Below, one piece after another: positions 1-10,577 of a stretch of 38,390 bases of DNA (within the stretch, counting starts at the first letter, position 1; each line of letters begins with the position of its first letter). The stretch comes from a virus (lineage: Duplodnaviria > Caudoviricetes), in IMG/VR virus record IMGVR_UViG_3300046832_000701, positions 1-38,390 of that record; one strand, given 5' to 3'. A program made the position numbers and the translations under genes. The notes under the pieces are model-generated. The model was given only the letters and a program-made list of their open reading frames with translations. It had not been told where the DNA came from and did no database searches.

Positions 1-127
1 TGGGAGGGGTCGCTGGAGCGACGGCCGGCAAAGATTGGGAAGTCAACGACGGGAAAAAGGAGGAGCGAGTGAGCATTGATCAAATCGTGGACAGGTTGCG
101 AGATCTGAAGTGGTGCATCGACGACGA
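1..127. repeat. Terminal direct repeat, copy 1 (circular-assembly overlap)
   Basis: Identical to 38264-38390; 127 nt is a common maximum assembler k-mer length. Confidence 0.95.
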
Positions 128-356
128 CGGAGAGAGGCAGTTGCGCGAGGCGCTTTCTGAGGCGGGAACCGATGATCAAGGTAAGAACGCTTACGAAGAG
201 ATGGAGAAGGCTATGCGCATGCTGAACTCGGCGTATTATGCCGCAGCGAAAGCACGCAATGGGCTCAAGAGCGCGCTAGACGAAGCGCAGAAGGCTTTGG
301 ATGACATCGAACGGCAGCAGGAGATCCTAAGGGATAAGATGAAGGAACTGGAATGA
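69..356 (+). CDS. Hypothetical coiled-coil protein
   Basis: GTG start after AGGAG; overlaps the stop of 38084-38335 across the circular junction; heptad-rich sequence. Confidence 0.7.
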   Translation: MSIDQIVDRLRDLKWCIDDDGERQLREALSEAGTDDQGKNAYEEMEKAMRMLNSAYYAAAKARNGLKSALDEAQKALDDIERQQEILRDKMKELE

Positions 357-583
357 GAAGAAGCGAAGCAAGAACAGACACGGCCTTGCGCACATTGACG
401 CCTAGCCTTTGGCATATCCAGAAGCCGCAACCAATCACGCGAGAGGAGATTGACGCGCTAAGTCACAAGCTTACGCCTGAAGAATGCAGAGCGATCATGG
501 CCAAAGCGCGAGTAAAGCGATGGGCATGGGGTGGAGACGGCATTGACACTCGGGACGGGGATTCAAAAGGGGGGAAAGCGTGA
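353..583 (+). CDS. Hypothetical protein
   Basis: ATGA overlap with the previous ORF. Confidence 0.5.
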   Translation: MRRSEARTDTALRTLTPSLWHIQKPQPITREEIDALSHKLTPEECRAIMAKARVKRWAWGGDGIDTRDGDSKGGKA

Positions 584-710
584 ACGCGTCAAGCGTAATG
601 GGGCGGAGTGGTGATGAAATGCATTGCAATCGTGCGTTTGCGTTGCATATGCACTATTTCCACACGCCAGACCGCGGTAAGGAATCTTTTTGGGCGGGAA
701 AAGCCTGCAT

Positions 711-1445
711 ATGGCGAAGCTCCTACGCCCTTTGAACACAACCCCAGAAAATCCAGCCATGCGACACACGGAACGCGACGTGTGGCCCGAGTGGTGCAGC
801 TCCATGGCGCAAGCCGCCGCCGTGATGGGTATTCCCAAGGCGAGGTTGAAGGCCGTGAAGGAACGCGGAGGCGATGGCTTCGAGAACTCCCGCGTGAACC
901 CTCGGCGCGTTGCCGCATGGATGGACGCGCAGGCGACGGAAATATGGGAGGCGCCTGAAGAAGTGGCGGACGACGCGCCAAAACCCAAGCGCGACCTCAA
1001 GGGGGAAATCGACGACCTAGACGAGATGCTGCGTCAGGTTGACCGGCTGGCCATGGACGCCTTCCGCACTGGTGGCGTGCAAATCGGCCTTGAGCTGGCA
1101 TCGCAACGCGGAAGCCTCGCCAAGCAGCGTAATGACGCCATGGTGCAATTGCGTCGTCAGGGGCGCACGGAGGACGACAGCATCCCGCGCAGCGAGTTTG
1201 AGAGGCTTTGCCGCGGGCTTGCCATCAACACCGCTCACGGGTTGCAACGCATCACGGACGACGTGACGCGGAAGTTGAAGGGCGTTTCCGATCCCGTGGA
1301 GATCCACGCCATCCTGACGGACGCAATGGTCGCCGGTCCATACCTGTCAGCCTTCGAGCAAACCGCAGCGAGCGAAGTGGAGCACGGGCTTCCAGATTGG
1401 GCGGTGCGCGCTCTGAGGTCTTCGATGGAAGGCATGGTTGAATGA
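711..1445 (+). CDS. Terminase small subunit (putative)
   Basis: Immediately upstream of and overlapping terL; N-terminal HTH-like segment (SMAQAAAVMGIPKARLK) followed by a helical region; ATG at 711 preferred over TTG at 690. Confidence 0.7.
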   Translation: MAKLLRPLNTTPENPAMRHTERDVWPEWCSSMAQAAAVMGIPKARLKAVKERGGDGFENSRVNPRRVAAWMDAQATEIWEAPEEVADDAPKPKRDLKGEIDDLDEMLRQVDRLAMDAFRTGGVQIGLELASQRGSLAKQRNDAMVQLRRQGRTEDDSIPRSEFERLCRGLAINTAHGLQRITDDVTRKLKGVSDPVEIHAILTDAMVAGPYLSAFEQTAASEVEHGLPDWAVRALRSSMEGMVE

Positions 1446-3223
1446 AACGCTGGGCCGGCACACTGACGCACGCGGAGCGCTTCATCGCCCTCGATGGCCG
1501 ACCATTCCGCCGAGAGGATTGGCCGATGATGATCGAGCCAGCCGAGGCTCTGGACAGCGGCATGGGCAAGACAACGATCCTCATGATGCCGCCGCAACGT
1601 GGCAAGACGCTCCTCGCCCAGCTTCGGGTTTTGCGCAATCTCGCCATCGAGCCGAGGCGTCAACTCTGGTACAGCAAGACAGCGACGGATGCGCGTTCGG
1701 TGTCAGACACCAAGTTGAAGCCGCTGCTTGAATCCACGCCATCGGTTCAGTGGACGCGTTACACAGACCCCGACAAGCGCGGGCGAAACATGATGTTCCG
1801 CTTCCACAACGCGCCTCTTGAGATGCTCTCCGCTGACGTTGTCGCGCACCGCAATTCCAGGTCCGCCCGCGAGATCGTGATGGACGAAGCTTGGCAGTAC
1901 CAACCTCGCGCCATCGCTGAAATCATGATGCGCGCCGACAGCTTCGACTTCCTGCGTCAGGCCGTGATTCCAACGACGGCGCCAGACAAAGGCCATGACC
2001 TGGACGTGCTCTGGGAAACGTCCACACGTCACGACTGGCAAATGGTTTGCCCACATTGCTCCTCCGTCTTCGTGCCGGATTGGTCGGACAGGATCCTTGA
2101 GTGGGACCGCATCACGGACGAGTCTGGACGTTATCAGGTTGAGCCGAGCGCGCAGACTTGCCGAATGATTCCTCCATGCTGCCAGGTGCCGATTCACTGG
2201 AGCCTAGAGATCCAGCGGAAGATGAACGACCGCGCAAGAGGCGCAGGCTACATCCAGCGCAACCCGACGCCCAACCCTTCGGTTGTTGGGTATCGCTTCA
2301 ACAGCTTGGCAACCGACGACTGGCGGCAAGTGTGCGCGCTTTGGTTGCAGGCGCAAAACGCGCTTCGCAACGGCGACTCCGAGTTGCTGCGCGAGTTCAT
2401 CATCAAGCGCGCCATGCAGCCTTACGACAGCTCGCGTCAGGCCCGCGTCATGGACAAGCCGATTGAAGTTGGCCCGTACATCCTGGGCGCTCCGTGGCCC
2501 GATGAGGCAATCGACGCCAACGGAAACCCGTGGCGATTCGCAACCATCGACGTTCAAAGGAATCACTTCTGGGGAATCGTTCGCCAGTGGTCAGCAGATG
2601 GACGCTCCCGACTGGTAGCGCGGGCGAAGCTTTTGACGCGTCAGGAGGTCCAACAGTTCTGCGCTGACAACGGAGTGCTTCACGGCCAATGGATGGAGGA
2701 GCGGCTTCCGTTTGGTGAGTTGGTCCTGACGGCAGATTCTCGCGTGTTCCTCGACTCAAAATATCACACGAGCGAAGTCCTCGAAATCTGCGCGCAATAC
2801 GGGTTCCACTGCGTGAACTCCTACAAGCGAAACGCCTTTAAGCATAACGACGGAACGTGGCACATGCACGACGAGGGCCGGCTTCTCGACCCGTTCTCCG
2901 GGAAGAAATACGACGGCATTCCAAAGCGAGTCCGTCAGTGGTTCTTTGTCGCGGATGCCGCGAAGGACAGAATGGAAATCCTGCGATCTACCACAGGACC
3001 CGACGACCTTCCTATGTGGACCGCTTCCGAAGATTGCGGCGACGAGTACAAGGCGCAGATGGCAGCGGAAGCAAAGGTGAAGGTTTTCGGCGCGGACAAC
3101 GTGAGCTTCGAGTGGCGATGGAAGCGGATCCAATCGGACAACCACTACTTCGACTGTGAGACGATGCAGATCCTTGCGGCGACCATGGCAGGCTTTTTGA
3201 ACGCCGAGGCCGTCAACAAATAA
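1442..3223 (+). CDS. terL: Terminase large subunit, lambda GpA family
   Basis: Walker A PPQRGKT, Walker B IVMDE, CPHC zinc motif, nuclease motifs TIDVQ and DNHYFDCE. Confidence 0.92.
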   Translation: MKRWAGTLTHAERFIALDGRPFRREDWPMMIEPAEALDSGMGKTTILMMPPQRGKTLLAQLRVLRNLAIEPRRQLWYSKTATDARSVSDTKLKPLLESTPSVQWTRYTDPDKRGRNMMFRFHNAPLEMLSADVVAHRNSRSAREIVMDEAWQYQPRAIAEIMMRADSFDFLRQAVIPTTAPDKGHDLDVLWETSTRHDWQMVCPHCSSVFVPDWSDRILEWDRITDESGRYQVEPSAQTCRMIPPCCQVPIHWSLEIQRKMNDRARGAGYIQRNPTPNPSVVGYRFNSLATDDWRQVCALWLQAQNALRNGDSELLREFIIKRAMQPYDSSRQARVMDKPIEVGPYILGAPWPDEAIDANGNPWRFATIDVQRNHFWGIVRQWSADGRSRLVARAKLLTRQEVQQFCADNGVLHGQWMEERLPFGELVLTADSRVFLDSKYHTSEVLEICAQYGFHCVNSYKRNAFKHNDGTWHMHDEGRLLDPFSGKKYDGIPKRVRQWFFVADAAKDRMEILRSTTGPDDLPMWTASEDCGDEYKAQMAAEAKVKVFGADNVSFEWRWKRIQSDNHYFDCETMQILAATMAGFLNAEAVNK

Positions 3224-3263
3224 CTTGCATCCAGCACGCTCCGGTTATGGTTGGCGCTAACTG

Positions 3264-3533
3264 ATGGCGCAAACCGTTCAACACGGACCTTACTTTGGCT
3301 TTACAGCTGCCGAGCTTGAAACAGAGCTTGAGCGGTACAAAGCCGCCGTAAAGAAGGCCACACACGGGCCGGGCGGGATCCAGTCCGCGTCTATCAACGG
3401 ACGCTCTTTCTCCTACGGCAACGGTCGCGGTTGGTCTTTGGAGGAGTGGCAGGCGGAGATCCAAGACGCCCAAGCGCAGGTAGATAGCTGCGTCACAGCA
3501 ACCGCAACCTCAACCGTTTACGCTGCGCGATGA
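3264..3533 (+). CDS. Head completion / gpW-like head-tail joining protein
   Basis: Small ORF between terL and portal; helix plus 'SASINGRSFSY' hairpin typical of lambda gpW-like proteins. Confidence 0.7.
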   Translation: MAQTVQHGPYFGFTAAELETELERYKAAVKKATHGPGGIQSASINGRSFSYGNGRGWSLEEWQAEIQDAQAQVDSCVTATATSTVYAAR

Positions 3534-5071
3534 GCCGCCGTGCCGCAAAACGTAATCGGGTTGTGATGGCGTCCGCCGCGGATCTCATGCCGCCCGCCGG
3601 CGGATCCTTTGGCGCTTCGACTGGGCTGTATCCAGACCCGCAGGAGAGCGGGCAACGTGGCTGGCGTCCAACGCTCAACAAGGACGCCACGGAGTTCCTT
3701 AAGCAGCATCGGCACTCGGCGATGATCTCCGACGGCCGGTATATCTACAGCGGCTCTGGGATGGTTTCTGGCGCTGTCCGGAAGCTCGCCAACTACGTCG
3801 TTGGGGCTGCATGGGCACCGCTCTACATCGGCGCAGACGACCGATTCCGCGCTTCTACCAAGCCGCTTCTGGCGCGATGGGCCAACCTCTGCGACGTGCG
3901 CGGCGGAGTGTACGACTGGCGCATGGGCCTGCGTCTTGCATCGCTCTGCATGGATCGGGACGGCGACGTGTTTGCCATCAAACGCATCACGCCCGAAGGA
4001 TCCCCGCGCATCCAGTGGCTAGAGGCGCACCGGGTGGGCAGTCCGACGCTTGGCTATTCAGGTGTCCAGACGGTTCCAAAGACTCCGGAGACCGCGGGGT
4101 ACGAAGGCCGCTTCGTGTCCGCCGGCGTCATCATGGACGACGACATGAAGCCGGTTGGGTACAACATTCTCCCGCCGTCTGCGGACCGTTACACGAATCA
4201 CAAGTGGAACATCTACCCAGCTTCTGATGTTGTTCACTTCTTTGATCCTGAATGGCATTCGCAGGCCCGTGGGATCCCGTCCGTGATTCGCGCCGTGCTC
4301 GATTGGTACGACTTGGGCGAGACCAGAGAGGCTGAAAAGATCGGGATCAAGGCGCGCTCCTCCATCGCCTACATCGAAAAGAACGACGCCGGACGCGCTC
4401 CCGCTTCTGCCCTTGGTGGAGGCAGCCGGAACACGAGCATGGAGCCGCAAACGCAGACCATCGCACGCGGCCTGATCCGATACATCAAGGCGTCCGGCGA
4501 GATCACCAGCCTCGACAACAACAAGCCGGGCGAGGCTTGGCAGAACTTCATGGAGTACATCACCCGCGGAGCATTCGCTGGGATGGATCTCCCGTATGAG
4601 TTCGCATGGGACGCGTCCAAGCTCAACGGCACGAGCGTGCGCTCCATGGTTGGCCAGGTTCAACGCGCCGTGGACAACCGCATCGCAGTCATGCACAAGC
4701 CGGCCATGACGCTCCTGCAATGGGCTGTCGCGGTCTACATAAGTCGCGGTTACATCCCGTTCGCAGACGATTGGTGGAACTGGGATTTCAGCACGCCGCC
4801 CAAGTTCTCCGTGGACATCGGGCGCGATAGCCAGAACCGCCGCGAGGACTTCAACGTCGGAATCCGCACGCTTTCCGACATCGTTGGCGAAGACGGGGGA
4901 GACGTTGAAAGCCATTGCCGCGCAAGGGCTAGCGATTACCTGACGGCGCAACGCGTGGCCGATGAAACGGGCGTCCCGCTGACGGCAATCATCAATCCAG
5001 GAGGCGCTCCGGTGGATCCAGCGCAGGCCGTAGCCGAAGCCATCCAGCAAACACAGGAGGAGCAACCTTGA
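3530..5071 (+). CDS. Portal protein, lambda family
   Basis: Synteny; motifs DGDVF, VVHFFDP..QARGIP and DASKLNGTSVR resemble lambda gpB-type portals. Confidence 0.9.
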   Translation: MSRRAAKRNRVVMASAADLMPPAGGSFGASTGLYPDPQESGQRGWRPTLNKDATEFLKQHRHSAMISDGRYIYSGSGMVSGAVRKLANYVVGAAWAPLYIGADDRFRASTKPLLARWANLCDVRGGVYDWRMGLRLASLCMDRDGDVFAIKRITPEGSPRIQWLEAHRVGSPTLGYSGVQTVPKTPETAGYEGRFVSAGVIMDDDMKPVGYNILPPSADRYTNHKWNIYPASDVVHFFDPEWHSQARGIPSVIRAVLDWYDLGETREAEKIGIKARSSIAYIEKNDAGRAPASALGGGSRNTSMEPQTQTIARGLIRYIKASGEITSLDNNKPGEAWQNFMEYITRGAFAGMDLPYEFAWDASKLNGTSVRSMVGQVQRAVDNRIAVMHKPAMTLLQWAVAVYISRGYIPFADDWWNWDFSTPPKFSVDIGRDSQNRREDFNVGIRTLSDIVGEDGGDVESHCRARASDYLTAQRVADETGVPLTAIINPGGAPVDPAQAVAEAIQQTQEEQP

Positions 5072-6156
5072 ACCAATTCTACAACATCCGCGCAGCCGCC
5101 ACAGAAGGCGCTCCAAACGAGGTTTTCATATACGATGAAATCGGGTTCTGGGGCACGACGGCGCAGACGTTCCACAACGCGATTCAGGCGTTGAGCGGCA
5201 AGATCGTGGTTCGCATCAATAGCCCCGGCGGCAACGTATTCGACGCCATCGCGATTCACTCGATGCTGTCGCGTTTGCCGGACGTGGAGACCGTGACCGA
5301 TGGGCTCGCTGCCTCTGCCGCCTCCGTGATCTTTGCCGCCGGCAAGGCGCGAAAGATGGCCAAGGCTGCGTTTGTGATGATTCACAACCCTTGGTCCTAC
5401 ACCCAAGGAAGCGCGGACGACATGCGCAAGGAGGCTGACATCCTCGAAGGCATCACCAGCGCGCTTGTGAAACTCTACAAGGGCTCTTCTTCCAAGTCTG
5501 AGGAGGAGCTGCGCGAGATGATGGACGTGGAGACCTGGATGGATGGCGACGCCGCGCTTGCCGCCGGCTTCGCAACCGAGGTCTTCGACGCTCCCGTTGC
5601 CAAGGCTTCCATTTCAGAGGGTCGCTATAAGCGGACCCCAACAGCTTTCGCGGCTATTCAGGCCGGCGATAAACAAAGGACCAACTTGAAAAAGGAACTA
5701 CTCGCCCTTCTGGGCGTTAGTGAGACGGGGCGCGAGAAGTTCCTCGCCTCCGCGGTCGCCTCGCTTGGGGTGACTGATGCGGCTATCGAAGCCGCTGAAA
5801 AGGAGAACAAGGCCGACTTCATTTCCGCGCACATTGAAGCGCGAGTGAAGCAGGCCGATGACGCTCGCAATGCCGCGGAAGCGCAAGCCAAGGACGCAAG
5901 CGACAAGCTCGCCGCTTTGGTTGCCGCTGCCGGTATCGAAGCCAAGGCGACCGATTACAAGGCCGCCATTGCCGCCGCAATCAAAACCGCAGCTTCCAAG
6001 GAGGCTGCCGAGATCCTCGCTTCGCAGGGTCAGACCAAGCCGGTCGACAATGCGCGAGCCGAGGCCAACAACAACCACTCTCCCGCTGCGGTCGGATTGG
6101 ACCGCGTGGAGGCCGCGCTTCGCGCTCGTCGCGAGGCTGGCAACAGCAACAACTAA
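5068..6156 (+). CDS. ClpP-like head maturation protease fused to an Ala-rich scaffold
   Basis: RINSPGG, DGLAASAASVI, MIHNPW and ETWM..A...GFA motifs; Ala/Lys-rich helical C-terminus. Confidence 0.9.
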   Translation: MNQFYNIRAAATEGAPNEVFIYDEIGFWGTTAQTFHNAIQALSGKIVVRINSPGGNVFDAIAIHSMLSRLPDVETVTDGLAASAASVIFAAGKARKMAKAAFVMIHNPWSYTQGSADDMRKEADILEGITSALVKLYKGSSSKSEEELREMMDVETWMDGDAALAAGFATEVFDAPVAKASISEGRYKRTPTAFAAIQAGDKQRTNLKKELLALLGVSETGREKFLASAVASLGVTDAAIEAAEKENKADFISAHIEARVKQADDARNAAEAQAKDASDKLAALVAAAGIEAKATDYKAAIAAAIKTAASKEAAEILASQGQTKPVDNARAEANNNHSPAAVGLDRVEAALRARREAGNSNN

Positions 6157-6168
6157 CAAAGGACAAGC

Positions 6169-7143
6169 ATGCCACTTCATACAATGCTTGAGGCCGCGGC
6201 ACTCCAGAAAAACGACGTTGCCGTCGGGCTCATTGAAGAGAATCTCCGGTACGCTCCGGAACTCATGATCTTCCCGTCTCGGGTGATCGCCGGGACTAAC
6301 TACGAAGCCGTCATCGCTTCGGGTGATCCCACTGTCGGATTCACCGCAGCCAACGACGGTCCCGCGCTGACCAAGACCACGCTCCGCAAGGAGATGGTGA
6401 CGTGCGGCATCTTCCGCGGCGCGGTTGAAATCGACCTCGCCGTCGAGCGCGCTTCGCAGGGCTCCGGGCTCCCCAGCCTTGAGTCCATCGAGTCCAGCCG
6501 CATTGCCCAAGCCGCGATGCGCTACATCGGCCGCCAAATCTTCTACGGCACCTCCTACGATTCCAAGGGCTTCGTCGGCCTGAAGGCGTTCACGCCAAAG
6601 ACTGCTGCCGCTGGAACGTCTGAGATTGTCGTGGACGCGACTGGCACGACCGCAACCACGGCGTCTTCGATCTACGCTGTAAAGTTCGGCATCCAGGACA
6701 TCCACCTCGTGTTTGGCGCAAACCAAACCTTGGAGCTGTCCGAGTTCCGCGATCAGCAGCTGACCAACTCCACGACCGGCGGCAAGTTCGCTGGTCGCGT
6801 TGCCGAGCTGACTGCCTACATCGGCATGCAGCGGATTAACATCAACAGCGTGGGCCGAATCCTGAACGTGACTGCCGACAGCGGCAAGACGGCCAGCGAC
6901 TCGCTCATTTCGCAGTTGCTGGAGAAGTTCCCGGTTGGGTTCACGCCTGACGCGTTCTTCATGTCTCGCCGGTCGCACGGGCAGCTTTCGCGTTCCCGCC
7001 CGGTGACGATTTTCTCGCAGCCGGGCGTTGCGCCATCGGCAACCAGTCGCACGCCGCCCGTGTTTGCGACCAGCGTTCCGGACTACAACGGCATCCCCAT
7101 CGTGGTCACGGATTCCATCCTGAACACCGACACCATCGAATAA
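6169..7143 (+). CDS. Major capsid protein
   Basis: Follows the protease/scaffold; 324 aa; C-terminal 'YNGIPIVVTDSI' typical of HK97-fold capsids. Confidence 0.85.
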   Translation: MPLHTMLEAAALQKNDVAVGLIEENLRYAPELMIFPSRVIAGTNYEAVIASGDPTVGFTAANDGPALTKTTLRKEMVTCGIFRGAVEIDLAVERASQGSGLPSLESIESSRIAQAAMRYIGRQIFYGTSYDSKGFVGLKAFTPKTAAAGTSEIVVDATGTTATTASSIYAVKFGIQDIHLVFGANQTLELSEFRDQQLTNSTTGGKFAGRVAELTAYIGMQRININSVGRILNVTADSGKTASDSLISQLLEKFPVGFTPDAFFMSRRSHGQLSRSRPVTIFSQPGVAPSATSRTPPVFATSVPDYNGIPIVVTDSILNTDTIE

Positions 7144-7156
7144 GGAGACAACGACC

Positions 7157-7552
7157 ATGATTCATTCCGTTGAAGACGCTCTTCTGACCATCACGCGGTC
7201 TCTTCCCGCGCAGAACACCAACAACAATTCCAGCTCCATTGACCTTCTCACGGCGTCGCCTGAGTGGGTGAGTCGGCACACGAATCTGTTGTTCAACATC
7301 CCGGCCACGACCACGGCGACAGGGCAGACCATCACCGTCACGTTCCAGGACTCGGCGGACAACTCCGCCTTCGCCGCCATCACCGGCCTTTCGACCATCG
7401 TCCTCACGGGCGCGTCGAATGCCACGGCAGCCTTGGAGCGCGTCGTTGTGTTGCCGACTTACGTGCGGCGCTACGTCCGAATCAACATCGCAATGAGCGC
7501 CACGACCGGCGACCAGACCGCGCTTTCGGCGACGATCAAGCTCCGCGCCTAA
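7157..7552 (+). CDS. Capsid decoration/cement protein (putative)
   Basis: Strong TAAGGAG RBS directly after the capsid gene; beta-rich; 'FQDSADN...RRYVRI' pattern. Confidence 0.6.
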   Translation: MIHSVEDALLTITRSLPAQNTNNNSSSIDLLTASPEWVSRHTNLLFNIPATTTATGQTITVTFQDSADNSAFAAITGLSTIVLTGASNATAALERVVVLPTYVRRYVRINIAMSATTGDQTALSATIKLRA

Positions 7553-7568
7553 CAGCGCAAACGCACGG

Positions 7569-7610
7569 GGCCGGCAGGTTTCATGGGTTTCCCTGCCGGC
7601 CTCACTTCTC
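7569..7610 (+). terminator. Stem-loop after the head genes (possible terminator or mRNA stabiliser)
   Basis: GGCCGGCAGG 7569-7578 pairs with CCTGCCGGCC 7592-7601; only a weak pyrimidine tail. Confidence 0.5.
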
Positions 7611-7613
7611 AAC

Positions 7614-7892
7614 ATGGGCACAAAGACAAGCAAGCTGACGCTGATGACCGCCGGTCAAGTTGACCCGGCGAACGATTACATCCCCATCGTGGACGTATCG
7701 GCAGGCGTCACAAAACGCATCAAGATCGCGGACCTGATTGTCGGGTCGCGTGCAATTTCTTCCGGGACCGCAGAACCGAACGGGAACGTGACCGCGACAG
7801 GTCCGGCCATCTATTTCCAGTCCTCCGCAAGCGGTACGACCGTCTGGTACAAGAACACGTCGGGAACCTCGAACTCTGAATGGGGCGCATGA
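7614..7892 (+). CDS. Virion structural protein (fibre-associated, putative)
   Basis: '[18 protein letters not shown]' and '[11 protein letters not shown]' resemble fibre motifs; ATGA coupling to the next gene. Confidence 0.55.
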   Translation: MGTKTSKLTLMTAGQVDPANDYIPIVDVSAGVTKRIKIADLIVGSRAISSGTAEPNGNVTATGPAIYFQSSASGTTVWYKNTSGTSNSEWGA

Positions 7893-10201
7893 TCCGTTTC
7901 TTCATCATCCTCTTCCTTCTGTCCGCCGCGTGCTTTGCGCAGGTCAAGCAATGGCACCTGACGAACACCACCGGCAACGTCCAAGAGCAGATCAACGCAC
8001 GAGCGACCATCATCGGGACGAACGTTCTTTCGGCCAAGTTGCTGTACGACGGCAACCTAACGAACGACCTAGAGTTTGAAGACATCGCCACTCTCACACT
8101 GGATTCAAGCACCCTCAATCTCTACGGCGTCGCGTCCGCATATCTGGACGGCGGAGACACGACAATCCGCGCAATCACCAACCTGCACGTGATCACGCCG
8201 GGTGTTTACGCTGGAACAGCAACCGCCGGCCAAGTATTGAAGCTGACGGACGCCGTTGAAGGTACAGTTGAGTTCGCAACCCAAGATTCGGCGTTGAATG
8301 CGGCAAACATCGCCGCAATAAAGGCGTTGAACGTGGCTGAACTGTCAGATGGTCAGTTGATTGTGACCGCTGGCTACTACACCGAGAACGATGGTGGCCA
8401 GGGAACGTACGTCTACGATTCCACGTCGGTTGCGGTTGACAACGGGGGAACGGTTATCGCTCCGACTGCTGGGGCTGGAAGGTATCTGCTTTTGACTGCT
8501 GGAGACATCAACGTCCGCCAGTTCGGAGCTAAGGGCGACGGAGCCACGGACGATCTGGCAGCAATCAATAACGCCATCGCGGCGGCTCCTTCTGGTGGAA
8601 CTGTTTACTTTGCGGCTGGGCTATACGTTGTAACCAACACGATCACAATCAACAAGCCGCTGGTGATTCAGGGAGAGGGATCGGCGTTCAACAGGACGAC
8701 GGACATTTCTCCGGCAGCATCATTCCCGGCCGGGGCGACGTTGCTCAATTTTACAAGCGTTTTGGGACGCTCTTCGATCTACGACATTTCCTCATGGATG
8801 GGCACCTCCGGCGCTCGATTGGGAGGAAATTGGATCCAATTTGAGGGCAATGTTGCCAATGTAAACATTGAGCGATGCACCTGCCGCCACGTTAATACTG
8901 GGTACTGGGGCATCTATTTCAACAACACCGTTCCAGTCAACGGGGTTGCACTTGTTAATATCATCGGGAACCTGTTCTATGACTTCCTGGGTGGAGGCAT
9001 CGGCACCACCGCGAGCGGCGGAGGGGATTCGTGCAACATTCTCCGGAACACGTTCCAGCTTATTGGTAGCACAAGCTACATCCTTGACTGGCACGGCGTC
9101 TCTGGTGCTTCCTGTTTCAATTTCTCAGAGAATAATTGCACGGGCGCGTCTAGGTTTATCGCGATCAAAGGTGCTCTTGGGGCGAAGATCATGAAAAACC
9201 AGTGCGAAATGACCACCGCATACGGCGGAGGTGGGGTAAGCGCAATGGTTTCGATCCTGTCCACTGGGATCGGCGTAACGATCAGCGACAACAATCTCAA
9301 CTGCCTCGGCAACGCCACGTCCGCGATTTACCTCGACGACGCACAGCACGTCCTTGTCAGCAACAACAGCATCACAAGCGCTGTAAACAGCATCAAGACC
9401 ACGGCAAGCACAAGCCAAGTCACATACATTCCGGGCGTTGACAGCGGAACCGTGCTCGATGACCCGCTATTCAAGGTGACAACTCTGCGCACAGGGGGCA
9501 CGTCATTTCTAAACGACCTTACGCTGCGCGGAGTCAACCCAAACAACCCGGCGTTGAACGTCGGCGTGAGCGACGCAGCGACAATCCTGAACGTCGATTT
9601 TCCGCTTGTAACTGCAAGTGCCGCCAACATGCGGCTTTACCGCAGCACGACTACGAGCGCAAACGCTTCCAGTGGATTCCAAATCTACAAAGCGGACGGA
9701 TCATCCTCGCTGCAACATTTCCTGACGGCCTTTGGAAATTCATACCTCACCGCCCTTACCGGCAACCTTGGGCTCGGAGGAATCACCGCTCCAACTGCAA
9801 GGCTCCATCTTCCGGCTGGCACAGCAACAGCAAGCTCGGCACCGCTTCGGTTCACTTCCGGCACATTGCTGTCAGTTCCGGTTGCCGGGGCGGTTGAGTT
9901 CCTTACAGATGCGTACTACGCGACGATCACGACGGGTGCAGCGCGAAAGACGTTCGCGTTTCTTGAGAGCCCTGTCTTTACTGGGAGCGTGTCTGTTGGT
10001 GGCGCGGCAGACGCCTCCGCCGTGCTTCAAGCGGACAGCACCACGAAAGGGTTCCTCCTACCCCGAATGACCAAGGCGCAACGTGACGCGATTGCAACCC
10101 CGGCAAACGGCCTCATGATTTACCAAACCGACGGAACTGCCGGGGTGAAGGCGCGGGTTGGAGGGGCGTGGGTTACGTTGAATACAACTGCTGATCCTTA
10201 A
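7889..10201 (+). CDS. Tailspike/fibre with parallel beta-helix (pectate-lyase-like) domain
   Basis: [12 protein letters not shown] and [22 protein letters not shown] motifs; Asn-ladder beta-helix repeats; C-terminal [12 protein letters not shown] motif; ATG 7889 overlaps the upstream stop. Confidence 0.8.
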   Translation: MIRFFIILFLLSAACFAQVKQWHLTNTTGNVQEQINARATIIGTNVLSAKLLYDGNLTNDLEFEDIATLTLDSSTLNLYGVASAYLDGGDTTIRAITNLHVITPGVYAGTATAGQVLKLTDAVEGTVEFATQDSALNAANIAAIKALNVAELSDGQLIVTAGYYTENDGGQGTYVYDSTSVAVDNGGTVIAPTAGAGRYLLLTAGDINVRQFGAKGDGATDDLAAINNAIAAAPSGGTVYFAAGLYVVTNTITINKPLVIQGEGSAFNRTTDISPAASFPAGATLLNFTSVLGRSSIYDISSWMGTSGARLGGNWIQFEGNVANVNIERCTCRHVNTGYWGIYFNNTVPVNGVALVNIIGNLFYDFLGGGIGTTASGGGDSCNILRNTFQLIGSTSYILDWHGVSGASCFNFSENNCTGASRFIAIKGALGAKIMKNQCEMTTAYGGGGVSAMVSILSTGIGVTISDNNLNCLGNATSAIYLDDAQHVLVSNNSITSAVNSIKTTASTSQVTYIPGVDSGTVLDDPLFKVTTLRTGGTSFLNDLTLRGVNPNNPALNVGVSDAATILNVDFPLVTASAANMRLYRSTTTSANASSGFQIYKADGSSSLQHFLTAFGNSYLTALTGNLGLGGITAPTARLHLPAGTATASSAPLRFTSGTLLSVPVAGAVEFLTDAYYATITTGAARKTFAFLESPVFTGSVSVGGAADASAVLQADSTTKGFLLPRMTKAQRDAIATPANGLMIYQTDGTAGVKARVGGAWVTLNTTADP

Positions 10202-10287
10202 CCGAGTAATCGAACATGAGCAAAACCGAAACCTCCAAAGGTCAAATAAGGGGCGGCGGATCCTGGGTTGACCTGCACTGAATTACC

Positions 10288-10575
10288 ATGGGCACAATGA
10301 TCCGATCCGATGGGTTCCGGCTGTCAATCTCTAGCGGCATCTTGCTGGCGCTAGTTTCCGGGCTTGTCTTCATCGTTCGACTGGACGGGAAAGCGGACAG
10401 GGGACTTGAAAAGTTCGACGCTGTAGTTTTACAGGTCAACGCACTGCGCGAGGAAATGAAGGCGGACAGGGTCGTCATCAATGGCCACTCCGTCGAGCTT
10501 CGAGAGCACCGTGTCATGATCCGGGAATTGCAGCGCAAGAGCGGTAAACAAAACGTCGAAGGCTGGCCCGAATAA
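10288..10575 (+). CDS. Single-TM coiled-coil protein (possible lysis/holin-like)
   Basis: One hydrophobic segment followed by a coiled coil. Confidence 0.5.
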   Translation: MGTMIRSDGFRLSISSGILLALVSGLVFIVRLDGKADRGLEKFDAVVLQVNALREEMKADRVVINGHSVELREHRVMIRELQRKSGKQNVEGWPE

Positions 10576-10577
10576 CC

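Noticed and set aside
1-127. Terminal repeat as a biological direct terminal repeat
   Set aside because: Its length equals a typical assembly k-mer overlap and it falls inside coding sequence, so it indicates circular assembly only
4058-7158. Long minus-strand ORFs (4058-5116, 5698-7158)
   Set aside because: Antisense shadows of GC-rich, codon-biased portal, protease and capsid genes
10216-10287. In-frame upstream ATG with a TGA at 10279-10281, suggesting readthrough or recoding
   Set aside because: TGA is the ordinary stop throughout the genome, with many ATGA overlaps; no other evidence of recoding
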